From contig OX597833.1 in assembly GCA_951406725.2 (NCBI GenBank), positions 51,150,001 through 51,214,000 on the forward strand: a stretch of 64,000 nt of DNA, given 5' to 3'. The notes under the pieces were generated by a model. That model was given only the letters and a program-made list of their open reading frames with translations, was not told where the DNA came from and searched no databases. The stretch is from Octopus vulgaris. Taxonomy: Eukaryota. Below are positions 14,793 through 30,394 of the stretch, piece by piece. Both the position numbers and the translations under genes were made by a program. The first letter of the stretch is position 1, and each line of letters starts with the position of its first letter.

Positions 14793-15358
14793 ATCCTTTC
14801 TACTATAGGCACAAGGTCTGAAATTTGGGGGAAGGGACTAGTCGATACATCGACTCCAGTGCATCACTGGTACTTAATTTATCGAGACCGAAAGAATGAA
14901 ATGCAAAATCGACCCCGGCGGAATTTGAACTCAGAACGTAGCGGCAGACGAAATACCTATTTCTTTACTGCCCACAAGGGGCTAAACACAGAGGGAACAA
15001 ACAAGGAAAGACAAACGAGTTAAGTCGATTATATCGACCCCAGTGCATAACTGGTACTTAATTTATCGACGCCGAAAGAATGAAAGGCAAAATCGACCTC
15101 GGCGGAATTTGAACTCAGAACGTAGCGGCAGACGAAATACCTATTTCTTTACTGCCCACAAGGGGCTAAAAACAAAAAGGACAAACCAGGACAGACAAAC
15201 GGATTAAGTCGATTATATCGACTCCAGTGCGTAATTGGTACTTATTTAATCGACCCCGAAAGGATGAAAGGCAAAGTCGACCTCGGCGGAATTTGAACTC
15301 AGAACGTAACGGTAGACGAAATACGGCTAAGCATTTCGCCCGGCGCGCTAACGTATCT
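14793..15358 (-). mobile_element. SINE B trimer: one head, three bodies
   Basis: gacgaaatac junction at 14951, 15135 and 15319 (period 184); the last unit has a different, older tail. Confidence 0.92.
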
Positions 15359-16050
15359 GACATGAAATACAAATTTGACTTCAGTGGTATTGGAAATAAA
15401 TTTTCAAACCATGTAGCAGACATGGACGTTATTTTGTTTGACGCTCTATTTTACTCTGTCAGCCTGGCTCCCTTATCAGACAGTGAGATAAACGGGACGA
15501 GGTGCACAAAAGATAGACTGAAACACATAGAGACTAGACTGCACAAGAGTGTACTGTGTTCGTGCCTTAATGTCTGAATCTATTGTTGTCTATGTTTCCT
15601 CGACCGCGTTATTGATTTCTGACTAGGGTACTTGGTCAATAGCCTAAGGAACGAGTTGGCAGAATCGTTAGCGCGTGGAACAAAACGATTCGCGACAGTT
15701 CAAATACCGCCTAGGTTAACTTTGACACTCACCGTTTCCGGATCGTGAAGACAGCATAACGGACAGGGACAGTGGATTGGGGTAGATATACTTCTTATAC
15801 CGTTCTATATTTAAGAGATGGGGAATTATGTACATTATTTACATTATTTACATATATAATGTATACTTCTTATGTCATTGATATACATGCTGGGAGAAGG
15901 ATGGCAGATGAGCAAATTTGGTAAAGAATCTGACAAAATGGCTTCGGATATTTTATTGAATTTTCTCGCAGTATTCTTCATTTTTCATCATTCCAGGATC
16001 AATAAAATATGTAGCAGCCATGTCACATACTAACATCAATATAATGAACT

Positions 16051-16138
<88 letters not shown>

Positions 16139-16142
<4 letters not shown>

Positions 16143-16259
16143 TTTGTCCGGAAAATTCGAGCCGATTTATAGGAGCTTAACTTGCGACTTATTTTAGAAC
16201 ATGGTTGAGTCCATAAAATAGGATTTGACTATACCCCCATTTAGAGCACAGTATAATCA
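16139..16259. mobile_element. Possible mariner-type transposon end
   Basis: After (TA)n, TTGGTTTGTCCGGAAAATTCGAGCCGATTT resembles mariner TIRs; no partner TIR seen. Confidence 0.35.
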
Positions 16260-16600
16260 AATGTCTTCTACTGTAGCCTCGGGCCGACCAAAGCCTTGTG
16301 ACTGGATTTGGTAGACGGAAACTGAAAGAAGCCCGTCGTATATATGTATATGCATATATATATATGTGTGTATATATGTGTGTATATATGTTTGTGTGTC
16401 TGTGTTTGTCTCTCCAACATCGCTTGTCAACTGTTGCTGGTGTATTTTCGTCCCCGTAACTTAGCGGTTCGGCAAAAAGAGAACGATAGTATAAGTACTA
16501 GGCTTACAAAGAATAAGTCCTGGGGTCGATTTGCTGGATTAAAGGCGGTACTCCAGCATGACCGCAGTCAAATGACTGAAACAAGTAAAAGAGTAAAAGA
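16260..16600 (+). mobile_element. SINE A, 5'-truncated
   Basis: Collinear with family A from tgtcttctac to the aaaagagtaaaaga tail. Confidence 0.9.
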
Positions 16601-16677
16601 AACATTTCTTAAAACTATTATTGCATATAGATATATTGTCAGTATATATATAAAAACAATACACACACACGCACACG

Positions 16678-16714
<37 letters not shown>

Positions 16715-17594
16715 ATACATGTACACTTAAACAGAAGAAAGAAAATGCATACGTTTTTTATAAAAAGAAACGTTACTGGTTTCAATGGTTTTAAATCAAT
16801 TTAGTCATTCTGTAAGAGAAGGGAAAATGAAATGAAATACATTAAGCTGAATTAAGCTTTCGTGATATCAGTTTGGGATGTTTCTTACAAAATCAACCTG
16901 GTACTGTTTTGCGTCTGTAGATACACACACACACACTCATTCATACAGACACACACACACACTCATTCACACAGACACACACACAAACTCATTCACATAG
17001 ACACACACAAAAACTTGGTGGGTTGGCTGTATATGTCAAACAGAGTCCATGTGTTTGTAATATATATGGATACATACATACTCAGACACAGACACACACA
17101 CACACATACACTCACACATATATGTATGTATAGAGATAAATACATATATCTCCGCGTTGATGTGAATTTGTCAGTGTTAGCGTCCATGTGACCGTTTGTG
17201 TACCAGTTCCTTTGTGGTCCATGAAGATAAATAAAATATGCTACAACCATTTAAGATATTCTAGTGAAAAGCTAAAGCTATGTCCGACGTTTCTTTTATT
17301 TACTAACATCAAACCGAAGGTAGGCTTTAATCAGGTTTCCTAAGAAAGTCTGCATGAAGTTTTATGAATCCTGTCATGTTATACAAGATATATTTCATTC
17401 ACACACTGATTACATCACGCATATATTCCCACACACATCACACTTGTTTTGTATAGTCTAGTCACTTTGTGTATATAAATGGATACATACATACGTGTGA
17501 GTATATCTGCAAGTGAAAGTGTGTGTGCCAGAGTGTCTATACGTAAATATATGTATATGTAAGTATACACACACACACACATATATATATATAT

Positions 17595-17632
<38 letters not shown>

Positions 17633-17715
17633 TGCATATACACACGCATATATATAGAGATAGATGTGTATGTATGTTTTATATATTGATATGTGCGTAT
17701 ATATATATATACATG

Positions 17716-17794
<79 letters not shown>

Positions 17795-17963
17795 ATATAA
17801 GCATGTATATATATATACATATATATATATATATACTGTACATATATATGTATCCACATAGATATGTTTATAGAAACGTATATATATATACATATACACA
17901 TCAATTGGTATATATGTATATATATATATATATGTATATGTATATATATATATACGTATATAT

Positions 17964-18017
<54 letters not shown>

Positions 18018-18639
18018 TTATATATATATATACATATCTTCATATATATATATATATTTATATATATATATATATATATACACATGAATGTGTCTGTCTG
18101 TCGGTGTCTATATGCGAACTTTCCTTACCGTTTTGTAAGTATTCACGTATCTATCTACGAACGTATCGTTGAATTTATGTTCATTGAAATTATCCGACAC
18201 ATCACAAGACTTGCCTCGGCAAAAATAAAAAAAAAAAAAAGACATATCAAAGCCCTACTTTCCTTGAAAATCTAGAAAATTCTAGAAACATCTTTAAGCT
18301 ATTACACGAGATTTGCTAAAATGGAAATAGACAGGAGCAAATGGGAGTTGGTATTAAAACGCTGGCACCAATTACAAATGACAGGTATCAACTGCTGCAA
18401 GAGTTTCTTGTTCATGTCTTCAGGTTGTTCTTCTTCCTTGTCGCTTTGTGAATCTGTGTTCACAAAATGGCGTTTTATTTTGCGGTATCGTGTCTTTTTA
18501 CTAGTGCTCTATCATTACTGTAGAAACAGAAATTACGTACGTAAATTATATTGTGTAAGCGTGCAATATCATATGAGACAGCGAGACGTTTAGTAACGAA
18601 TATATGTGAACTTGTGTTTGAAGCGTGTTTGTGAGTGTG

Positions 18640-18701
<62 letters not shown>

Positions 18702-19014
18702 GGAAAGAAAGTGAAAGAGACGTAAAGTACCCGGGGTGCAAGTGCGCTCTAGCAGATAGATACCTTTAGCACATCCATTTATTTCCATACCCTATCTCAA
18801 TCCACGGAGACACACACACACACACGCATGCATATCTATATATATATATGTATATTCATGAATAAAAATAAATAAATATATTCATACACATGCATATCAT
18901 ACATAAAAGTATACATATATTTATTTCCATAGCCTATCTCAATCTACACAAGCACAGACACATAAACAAACGTGCGCGCCTGTGTATGCATATATACATG
19001 CATATATGTATATA

Positions 19015-19082
<68 letters not shown>

Positions 19083-19086
19083 TATT

Positions 19087-19152
<66 letters not shown>

Positions 19153-19200
19153 CATACATACATATATATATAGTAGTGGTACAACAACGCACCAATTTTT

Positions 19201-19289
<89 letters not shown>

Positions 19290-19550
19290 CACGTACATAT
19301 ATATGCATGTATACTTGCGCTTCTCCAAATTAACCTCAAGTGCTGCTTGATGAATTTGGTGCCGTTGCTCTTATTTTAAAATCATTTTGGTAAAATGCTG
19401 AAATGACACTGAATGTAAACAAAATTTTGTTTAAAGATGGCGGAAGCAATATTCACAGCAGCCTAGAGCAATTGCTCTTAAGTAGTAGTAGTATTAGTAG
19501 TAGTAGTAGCAGTAGTAGTATCACCACCACCAACAACAACAGCAACAACA

Positions 19551-19908
19551 GGAGGTGCAATGGCCCAATGGTTAGGGCAGCGGACTCGCGGTCGGAGGAT
19601 CGCGGATTCGATTCCCAGACCGGGCGTTGTGTGTGTTTATTGAGCGAAAACACCGAAAGCTCCACGAGTCTCCGGCAGGGGGTGGTGGAGACCCCTGTTG
19701 TACTCTTTCGCTACAACTTTCTCTCACTGTTTCTTCCTGTTTCCTGTCCTCCTTGACTTCCTACGCAACCGCTGAGCCTGGATGCGCATTCATCCATCCG
19801 TCGATGCTCTCGGTGTCGGGGCTTGACCTGCTTTCTCTTCTGCAGGTCTTACGAATAGCAAAGGACTACGTTTCAGACTTCTCCCAAGAGGACGAAGACC
19901 GCTTCGCT
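19551..19908 (+). mobile_element. SINE family C, tail type 3, inserted in a (CAA/CAG)n tract
   Basis: Same head and body as 13457 up to caactttctctcact, then a unique tail; caacagcaaca on both sides. Confidence 0.85.
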
Positions 19909-20262
19909 CAACAGCAACAGCAACAGCAACAACAACTGCGGCAACACCATTAAAACCACAACCATCACCAGCATGCTGATTTGAGCAATTAACATCTAAA
20001 TGCTTGTACTGCTAAACCAGTCAGGCAAATTGCAGCTCGCGAGCCGCATGCAGTCCGCATGTCTTTACGAAAACTTACCTAGATTATTTTTGTTTGTTTA
20101 CAGGTATTACTCGTTATCGACACACATGAGTTGATAAGGAGTAACGTGAAATAAAATGCCTTGCCCATGGGACGTAACGTGCCACCAGGAATCGAACCCA
20201 AGACCTTACGACCGTGAGCACAATACTCTAACCATTAAGTCACTCGCATTCATTACACATGT

Positions 20263-20760
20263 TCTTCTATTCTTTTATTCTTTAAACAGTTTCAGTCATT
20301 TTGACTGCGGCCATGCTGGAGCACCACCTTTAGTCGAACAAAACGACTACCAGGACTCATTCTTTGCAAGCCCAGTATCTATTCTATCAGTCTCTTTTGC
20401 CGAACTGCTAAGTTAACACTCCAGCATCGGTTGTCAAGCGATGGGGTGGGGCAAACACGAGTCAGAAATCCGGGATCTGGAATTATCCAGTAATTTTTTA
20501 CTAGTTTTATTTTGTCTTTTTGTCTTCTCTCCTTGTGCTGTATGGGCATTTAATGTGGTTTTAGAGTCAGATCTTGGCTGCTATTTTCAGCATGGTGGTA
20601 TCTCTTAGATACCCTGTTTCCGTCAACCAAATCCATTCACAAGTCTTTGGTCGGCCTGAGGCTATAGTAGAAGACACTTGCCTAAGGTTCTACGCAGTGG
20701 TATTGAACCCGGAACCAGACTGGTAAGCAAGCTTCTTACCACACAACCATGCCTGCGCCT
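20263..20760 (-). mobile_element. SINE A with its microsatellite replaced by about 150 bp of other sequence
   Basis: A tail half 20263-20460, A head half 20616-20760. Confidence 0.82.
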
Positions 20761-21200
20761 ATATATACATACATTACACGTATATTACACTTTGCATTAC
20801 ACCTGTTTATATGCACTCTCACATTAGCACACACATAAGCACACACCTACGTTTAGGCATGTATATGTTATGTATATGTGTGTATATATGTATGTATATA
20901 TGTATCTAATATGTGTATGTGTGTGTACGCGTGTGTATATGTTGTATCGTATTCGTTGTGGAGCTTAAAATAAACTAGTTGGTATTAAGAATTACATAAT
21001 ATCCAAATGTATCCAAATGTTACAATCCATGTTAAACATTAAATTTAAGTGGTGTAGAAGTGTTTCTGAGAAGACGTTTACATTACGAATCATTTTGAGA
21101 TAAGCAGCGAAACAATTTGCTAAGAAACCTCTTAGGCCTCTTCAGAATACTTGTGCTGTGCATACTGAAGTAACATGTATGTATTTAGAATTTAGCGAAA

Positions 21201-21523
21201 TCTGTTGTGTCTGGGGAGAGTCATTTTGTTTTGGTGCTTTATAATGTAACACACTCACCGGTAAAATTTCCGCTTTTTTCTTATTTTTATTTTCCTAAAA
21301 TTTTCGTTGCATCTTGCAACCCACTATTGAAAAGGTTGCAAGACGCAACGAAAATTTTAGGAAAATAAAAATGAGAAATAAGTGGAAATTATACCGGTGA
21401 ATGTGTTAAATTATAAGGCACAAAAAGAAAATGACTCTCCCCAGACACAACAGAATATGCTTCAACACACGAACTCATATAAAGAATCTTGCAAACCAAA
21501 TCCAAAATCGAAATAAAATTTAG
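21201..21523 (+). mobile_element. Fold-back PLE-like terminus: 121 bp arms, hammerhead and ORF start
   Basis: 21201-21321 is inverted relative to 21334-21454 with a 12 nt loop; the right arm runs into ATG 21431 (MTLPRHNRICFNTRTHIKNLANQIQNRNKI*). Confidence 0.7.
21324..21360 (+). ncRNA. Minimal hammerhead-like motif, U3-A8 variant
   Basis: CTA-TTGAAAA-G-GTTGC-AAGAC-GCAAC-GAAAA-TTT-TAG: stem I CTA/TAG, stem II 5 bp, palindromic stem III AATT. Confidence 0.6.
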
Positions 21524-21785
21524 CAAAGATTTGCAGAAATAGAAATACAGGTATATAACTACTTCTTAGCCATTTTTGTTTTCATGTTCAGTGTTAGCGA
21601 GTGACGATATCTATTGCTAGATATCCTTTGTAAAGCGGGGAGCAAACAGTCGTTAACATATCAAACAAAATGCTTCGTGGCAATCCTCCGCTCTTTACGT
21701 TTGGTGTTCAAATTTTTTCCGAGATCGATTTTGCCACACAAATTTCAGGTCTTATACCAATAGTAGAAAGAAATATCAGATATCC

Positions 21786-22016
21786 TTTACTCTTTTACTG
21801 TTTTACTTGTTTCAGTCATGTGACTGTGGCCATGCTGGAGCACCGCCTTTAGTCGAGCAAATTGACCCCAGGACTTATTCTTTGTAAACCTAGTACTTAT
21901 TGTATCGGTGTCTTTTGATGAACCGCTAAGTTACGGGGACGTAAACACACCAGCATCAATTGTCAAGCAATGTTGGGGGGGGGGACAAACAGACACACAA
22001 ACACACACACACACAT

Positions 22017-22052
<36 letters not shown>

Positions 22053-22227
22053 GTATACATGTATACAATATATGACGGGCTTCTTTCAGTTTCCGTCTAC
22101 CAAATCCGCTCGTAAGGCTTTGGTCGGCCCGAGGCTATAGTAGAAGACACTTGTCGAAGGTGCCACGCAGTGGGACTGAACCCGGAACCATGTGGTTCGT
22201 AAGCAAGCTACTTACCACACAGCCACT
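21786..22227 (-). mobile_element. SINE A, near full length
   Basis: Reverse-complement match to 6904-7310. Confidence 0.92.
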
Positions 22228-22357
22228 GCGAAGTTTCTACAATAATAATTTTTAGCTTTTATCTTGTGTTGTTATTGAGCTAGCGATGCATCCCACTCAC
22301 TTACTAAAAGTGGATTTCATCATGAGAATGCAGTCGAGAGTTATTATTAATACAGCA

Positions 22358-22699
22358 TGGAAGCACTCTGTCGGTTACGACGATGAGGGTTCCGGTTGAT
22401 CCGAATCAACGGAACAGCCTGCTCGTGAAATTAACGTGTAAGTGGCTGAGCACTATACACAGACACGTGTACCCTTAACGTAGTTCTCGGGGATATTCAG
22501 CGTGACACAGAGAGTGACAAGGCCGGCCCTTTGAAATACAGGTACAACAGAAACAGGAAGTAAGAGAGTGAGAGAATGTTGTGGTGAAAGAGTACAGCAG
22601 GGATCACCACCATCCCTGCCGGAGCCTCGTGGAGCTTTTATGTGTTTTCGCTCAATAAATACTCACAACGCCCGGTCTGGGAATCGAAACCGCGATCCT
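22358..22699 (-). mobile_element. SINE C, tail type 1, 5'-truncated
   Basis: Reverse-complement match to 60522-60904. Confidence 0.92.
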
Positions 22700-22867
22700 G
22701 GTTTGTAGAGTCATGAGATGGGTTGGAAGGACTGATTCAATGCCTGGGGAAAGTAAAGAAAATGAAGCTAATAAAGAAACGTAGAGCAGACAAAATACGT
22801 GGAAGTAGATCAAGAAATGGATAACGCGCTCTTGATAATTAAAGTTCAGACTATTGAAGACGTGATT

Positions 22868-23206
22868 AGAGCGTCGAGCTTACGACCGTGATGCTGTGAG
22901 TCCGATTCCTGCATCGGGCTGCGTGTTGTGTTCTTGAGCAAGACACTTTATTTCACGTTGCTCCAGTTAACTCAGCTGTAGAAATGAGCTGCGACATCAC
23001 TGGTGGGTGCCAAGCTGTATCGACCCCTTTGCTTTTCTCTTCGATAACATCAGTGGCACGGAGAGGGGAGGCTGGTATGCATGGGCGACTACTGGTCTTC
23101 CATAAGCAGCCTTGCCCGGACTTGTGCCTCGGAGGGTAACAATCTAGGTGCAATCCCATCGTCATTCATGACCGAAGGGGGTCTCCTCCTCCTCTCCTTC
23201 CTCCTC
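22868..23206 (+). mobile_element. SINE D (CORE-like) with a 15 bp TSD and (CCT)n tail
   Basis: attgaagacgtgatt at 22853-22867 and 23207-23221; body matches 30395-30602. Confidence 0.9.
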
Positions 23207-23274
23207 ATTGAAGACGTGATTCGATTTGCGGAACTTCGCAATTTTCTATGTGACAAACAACACTGAAACTGTTG

Positions 23275-24393
<1,119 letters not shown>

Positions 24394-25484
24394 TTAATCA
24401 CTTACGATATTCTTCGTCAGAACTACCAATTATAGCGAGAATAACGCTGTTAGAACAAACTGAATTGTCTGTTGACAGTCAGTCGTTTCACGAAACACAT
24501 GCACACGTACACACACTATCTCTCTCTCTTTCACACACACAGACATACACATATACACACACACAATCTTTCTCTCTCTCTTTCCTCTCTCTCTATCATA
24601 CACAGACACACACGCACGCACACATGCACAAACATGTTCGTACGCACACGGACATACAGGCACAGAGACACAAGTTTGTACACAAGCAGAGCTTAGTTAT
24701 GTGACAGCTATTAGTCATGGATTCCACGTAGAAAACCGTTACATCCAAGCGCTAAATCACATCTTGACAGCCATCTGTGTTGGTTTGTGACTACCAATTA
24801 ATGAAACACATCGTGGCTACTCTGTGCTGTATTAGGTTTTTAAAACTCAAGAATTATGTGTTGCGCTTGATCAATAAATAACTTTATGTATGCGTACGTA
24901 TGTATCTATACTTTCACTCATGTGCGAGTGCGTGTGTGGATATGTATCTCTGAATGCGTATGCTTAATCAATGTTCGACCGTCTCTAAACGATTTTGTGT
25001 TGGCTGCTGATATTTGCAGATTTTTCTACACTTTGCGTCGATACTTCTGTTAAATAAACTATCAGTATGCAAATACATCATGCTGTAAAGATACAGATAG
25101 TAACGTACGTGGTTTATCTTTACTGTGAGGTATAAATGATGTGTTTGTTGAAGAATGGTACAAGGAATGGTTTGGTTTTAAAGTGTCGATCGAATCCACA
25201 GATGGTTAGTTCGTAACAAGTTGTTGATGTTGCCTTGTGCTGTGTGTGAGGTAAAGTCAACTAATTCGTTGTTCAACAAATGTTTACGAAAGCGAAATAA
25301 TTGCAGTTCTTATTCTTTCTTTCGTCACATTCTTTAATTCCAATTTTAATTAACGAAGACGAATACATCAACTCATTTTCCTTTTGGTTGTCAGCTTTAC
25401 CCTTCGTTGTGGTACGCATTGCGTAGCAAAGTTTAACCCGGTGAAGTAGAAGACATCCAAATACTTCCTGTTTTCTATGTTCAA

Positions 25485-26165
25485 GACGGCGAGCTGGCAG
25501 AATCCTTAGCACGCCGGGCGAAAAGCATAGCAGTATTTCGTCTGTCTTTATGCTCTAAGTTCAAATTCCGCCGAGGTCGACTTTGCCTTTCATCCTTTCG
25601 GGGTCGATTAAATTAAGTACCAGTTACGCACTGAGGTCGATGTAATCGACTTAATACTGTCTGTCCTTGTTAGTCCCCTCTATGTTTAGCCCCTTGTGGA
25701 TAGTAAAGAAATAGGTATTTCGTCTGCCGCTACGTTCTGAGTTCAAATTCCGCCGAGGTCGACTTTGCCTTTCATCCTTTCGGGTCGATTAAATAAGTAC
25801 CAGTTACGCACTGGGGTCGATGTAATCGACTTAATACCTATGTCTGTCCTTGTTTGTCCCCTCTATGTTTAGCCCATGTGAGTAGAAAAGAAATGGGTAT
25901 TTCGTCTGCCGCTACGTTCTGAGTTCAAATTCCGCCGGGGTCGACTTTGCCTTTCATCCTTTCGGGGTCGATTAAATAAGTACCAGTTACGCACTGGGGT
26001 TGATATAATCGACTCTTTACGCTTGAGTTCAAATACCGCCCAAGAAGACAACTTTGCCTTTCATCTCTCCGCGATCGATAAAATAAGTACCAGTCATGAA
26101 ATGGGGAACATGCAGTCGATTAATCCCTCCTCCTAAAATTGCTAATCTTATTCCAAAATTTTAAA
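25485..26165 (+). mobile_element. SINE B multimer: head, two full units, a partial unit and an older unit
   Basis: gtatttcgtctg at 25533, 25715 and 25897 (period 182). Confidence 0.92.
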
Positions 26166-26678
26166 GAAATAAGATGACAAGAAGCATGCAAGCTTCAGAA
26201 TCGTTTGAGCGTCTCAAAACTTGCTGTCAAGTTTTTGTAATTTTTTATATTCTAATTTTTTAAAGTTTTGCTTTCAAATCCTGTCGCAGTCTTTTCAATG
26301 TCCATGAAGTTACGTACCAGTCAAGTACTCAGATCAAGAATATCGACTGACCCGGTCACTTCTAATTTGTTGATATCTTGCCTATATCAGTTGAAACCGT
26401 TATTAAGACAGTAATGTGTGATATGACTAAGATTGATCTGCAGTCTCAAAGCAGGTCAAAAGGCTCTTTAATAAACACAATTAGCCTGTGTAGATGCAAA
26501 ATCATTGAGAATTATCGACCAGATTTCACCCAAGCCACATCCTAAAGTCTTACAGGATAATCTAGTCTGGAATATATTATTCCTGATATATAAGGTAGAT
26601 GGGTGTAGCTTGAATACGTTTCATCGCAACCAAAGGGATAAAACAATAACAGCAATAGCATATCAGTATTGTCAAATA

Positions 26679-27199
26679 CCGTAAATCCTCGAGTTTAGTC
26701 AGCCCTTGAGTATAATACGCAGGGGATTTTTAGTGGGTTGTACCGCTGAAAAACCTAAACATTGTGTATAATACGCACCCCTTCTCTAACTTGAGTCGTG
26801 CGTAATTAAGCCAGCAGCACCTAGTCGAACAAACACTTCCACGCATGCGTAATACAATAATGGTGATGTTATTAACTGCTATATGGGAATGTAAATATGT
26901 TTGCAAATTGTTTTTGTTACTTGTTATTCTGTGTTCTGATTACTTTTATTTTAATAAATGTTGCTTACTGCAAGTTATGAATGATTCTTTTATGACTTCA
27001 TTGCTTTTAGAATTAGTTTAAGGTATTTTCGCGCCCGACATCACAAAATGCGTCTGAATAAGCATTGCCGGACAGGAAAAGAGACTCGGACATTGCTTAG
27101 AAAATATATTTCATTTTTAACCTCGTATATAGTACGCACTAGGGATTTTGACCTTTAAATTTTGGGGAAAAAATTCGGATTATACTCGAGGTTTAACGG
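26679..27199. mobile_element. Non-autonomous Tc1/mariner-superfamily MITE (Tc2/pogo-like)
   Basis: TIRs CCGTAAATCCTCGAGTTTAGTC and reverse complement CCGTTAAACCTCGAGTATAATC (18/22); TA TSD at 26677-26678 and 27200-27201; subterminal tataatacgca repeats. Confidence 0.85.
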
Positions 27200-27494
27200 T
27201 ACTTCTTCAACAGAACTAAGCAGTTTTGTTTTCCCTTCTCTACAAGTTCATGCTTCATGTGTGTCAGTTCTCGATTTCAGTGACCTGAATTGTTTACTTA
27301 CGTCATCAGTCTCCCTTTTCTTGTTGTTATGAAAGAACGAAGGTAATGAGAACATGGGGTATATGCTGTGTGTTTCAATGAGACCCCTTTTTTCTTCACT
27401 ATGATATGCAGTTGACCAAGCTGTAGCGAAGAGATAACATGGTCTGGAAATGTTACGGTGTGAAGCTGGCGTCAAGAAATTATCCTTTGCACAT

Positions 27495-27905
27495 TTTTAC
27501 TCTTTTACTCTTTTACTTGTTTCAGTCATTTGACTGCGGCCATGCTGGAGCACCGCCTTTAGTCGAGCAAATCGACCCCGGGACTTATTCTTTGTAAGCC
27601 CAGTACTTATTCTATCGGTCTCTTTTGCCGAACCGCTAAGTGACGGGGACGTAAACACACCAGCATCGGTTGTCAAGCAATGCTAGGGGGACAAACACAG
27701 ACACACAAAACATATACACACACACACTTATATATATATATACATATATACGACAGGCTTCTTTCAGTTTCCGTCTACCAAATCCACTCACAAGGCATTG
27801 GTCGGCCCGGGGCTATAGCAGAAGACACTTGCCCAAGTTGACACGCAGTGGGACTGAACCCGGAACCATGTGGTTGGTTAGCAAGCTACTTACCCACACA
27901 GCCAC
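27495..27905 (-). mobile_element. SINE A, near full length
   Basis: Family match. Confidence 0.93.
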
Positions 27906-28349
27906 CTTCATTTTCTTTATAAAGAGGCGAAGAAAATATTTTGACTAATCCTTTTCTTAATTCCTGAATAACCAACAACACTAACAAAAACGAAAAGCAA
28001 AAAACAAAATCTTGTGTCTAATAATACATGCGACGTTTCAGTAAAGAATTTTGGTAATGATCGTGACAATTTCTGCTTATATTGAGCAATATTTAATTAC
28101 TTTATTTATCTTATCTTCCTCGAAATAAAATGGTGAATTGATATAAGGCAATATATATATATGTATTACATCAGTATCGGTTCCAAGCAGTGTTTAATCG
28201 TATGTGAACTTTAGGTTAATTTAGATATGTCTGTAAAATATTTCAACTTCTAAATGCAAATTTATTGCAGTTACTGTGGAGAAGAAATTCACTCAGGGTA
28301 AAAAGGTGTAAAAACACCATTTCTGACCAGAACTGCCCTCTGTCAGATA

Positions 28350-28388
28350 CCCAGACGGGTTTCTAGCTCTTTAGCCATTATCAATAGG
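28350..28388 (-). ncRNA. Minimal hammerhead-like motif, U3-A8 variant with GUC triplet
   Basis: Minus strand reads CCTA-TTGATAA-TGGCT-AAAG-AGCTA-GAAAC-CC-GTC-TGGG; stems I, II and III all pair. Confidence 0.7.
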
Positions 28389-28795
28389 AAATACCGAAGA
28401 GAAGCAACTGTGGACAGACTTAGTTAAAGCCATAATTTTAACTTAAATTCAGTCAACAACATTGACAGTACAGAAGTACAAGAACGATCACTCCTAACTA
28501 GAAAAACGTGTTGTGGGATTCAATGATATTTACATATCAACCCCAAAACAAATACTGCAGTAAGTGGTCTACAGACACTGTGTATAAATTATGATGCATT
28601 AAGTATGATACGTAGATGGCTATTTTAACTCAATACTACTTCGTTTGCGTATAACGTATGTATGTATATATGTATGCATGTACGTACATACGCATGTATG
28701 TATGTATATACGTACGTACGTATGTATACGCACGTATGTATGTACGTATGTATGTATGTATGTATGTATGTATGTATGTGCGTATGTATGAATAT

Positions 28796-29100
28796 CACGT
28801 GATCACGTGACCGACCAGACCATCAGCTGTTGTTACACATCGCTGGTCACAATGCGTTCGCATTGTTTTAGCCTTTGAATGACGCCACTCCGCTGGCTAA
28901 GCGAGCAGGCCAACAGAAGAAAGAGTCGGCGAAAGAGTGGTGAAAGAGTACAGCAGGGATCACCAACCCCTGCCGGAGCCTCGTGGAGCTTTTAGGTGCT
29001 TTCGCTCAATAAACACTCACAACGCCCGGTCTGGGAATCGAAACCGCGATCCTACGACCGCGAGACCGCTGCCCTAACCACTGGGCCATTGCGCCTCCAC
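28796..29100 (-). mobile_element. SINE C, tail type 2, with 12 bp TSD
   Basis: atgtatgaatat at 28784-28795 and 29101-29112; matches 13457-13767. Confidence 0.93.
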
Positions 29101-29852
29101 ATGTATGAATATATGTATTGAAATCGACCAATACACAAAAATGTTACTAAGAATTTCTTTTGTCCCAAACAAAGTAAAGAACTAGTATGCACTCGAACAT
29201 GAAATATATATTTGGAAATCCTTTTTTGTCTAAAGACTGCGATTTGATTGGCTGGCGTGATGTAAGTAAATGATTGTTCCCAATATCAGACAGGAGGCAA
29301 AATTTTCATAGCTTTCAACGACGAGTAGAAGACAGCGGAGTAGGTGAAGAAATTGCAGAAGTAAAGAAAGTGGAGAGAGGTGTCGTAGCGGGGGAGAAGA
29401 AATGGAAGATTGAAAGATGCTCTGCAAAATAAATGTCAGATGCAAAATTAGATTGTGAGTCAATAAAGAGAGAAATGGGGAAATATTTGCAATACGATCA
29501 TGTGATTGGCACGAAGTGTTATATGTATGCATAAAATGTTTCTATGCATTTATGTAACGTGTATGTGTCTATATATATATATATATATATGTCTGTCTGA
29601 CTCTTTCTATTTCATTTGCTCCCTTTATTTCTATATGTATATATATATATATAGGCATACACATATATATACATACATATGTGTGTATGTGTGTGTGTGT
29701 GTGTGTGTCTGTGAGTGTCTCTGTGTGTCTCTGTGTGTGCATATATGCATATAAATATATGTATATATATATATATATACATATATCTTTCTGTCTGGCT
29801 CTCTCTCTTTCTCCCTCCTCACTCACTCCCTTTATTTCTATATGTATATACA

Positions 29853-29928
<76 letters not shown>

Positions 29929-30276
29929 ATATATATATTTATTTAAGTGTGTCTATATACATATAAATATATGTCTATATATATATATGTGTGTGTGTAT
30001 AGAAATACATATCTGTCTAGCTGGCTCTCTCTTTCTCTCTCGCTCACTCTCTCTCTCACTCGCTCTTTTTTTTTCTACATACATATACATAAATGCATAC
30101 ATAGCTGCTGTATATATATATGGATGCATACAGGTACATACACACAGATACGCACACACATACACACACATGCACACATACATATATTCTGTCTTGGAAA
30201 TCAGTTTGTCTCACTAATATATATGTATGTATGTATATATACATATATATATATTTATATACACATATACACACAC

Positions 30277-30311
<35 letters not shown>

Positions 30312-30394
30312 TATATACATATATGTAAATATATGTATAGGTACAAGCGTATAAGTGTATATTTTCCACATCTATACATACGTTATACATACCT

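Noticed and set aside
14793-15358. CRISPR-like appearance of regularly spaced repeats (also 25485-26165, 52535-53520, 11564-11943)
   Set aside because: Whole units repeat without unique spacers, there are no cas genes, and the context is eukaryotic.
18302-18472. Minus-strand open frame RHFVNTDSQSDKEEEQPEDMNKKLLQQLIPVICNWCQRF
   Set aside because: Short, no recognised domain and no clear splice sites; compatible with chance.
20010-20062. hAT/Charlie-like terminal motif (ggcaaattgcagctcgcgagccgcatgcagtccg); similar near 51826-51853
   Set aside because: Too degenerate, with no partner TIR or 8 bp TSD found.
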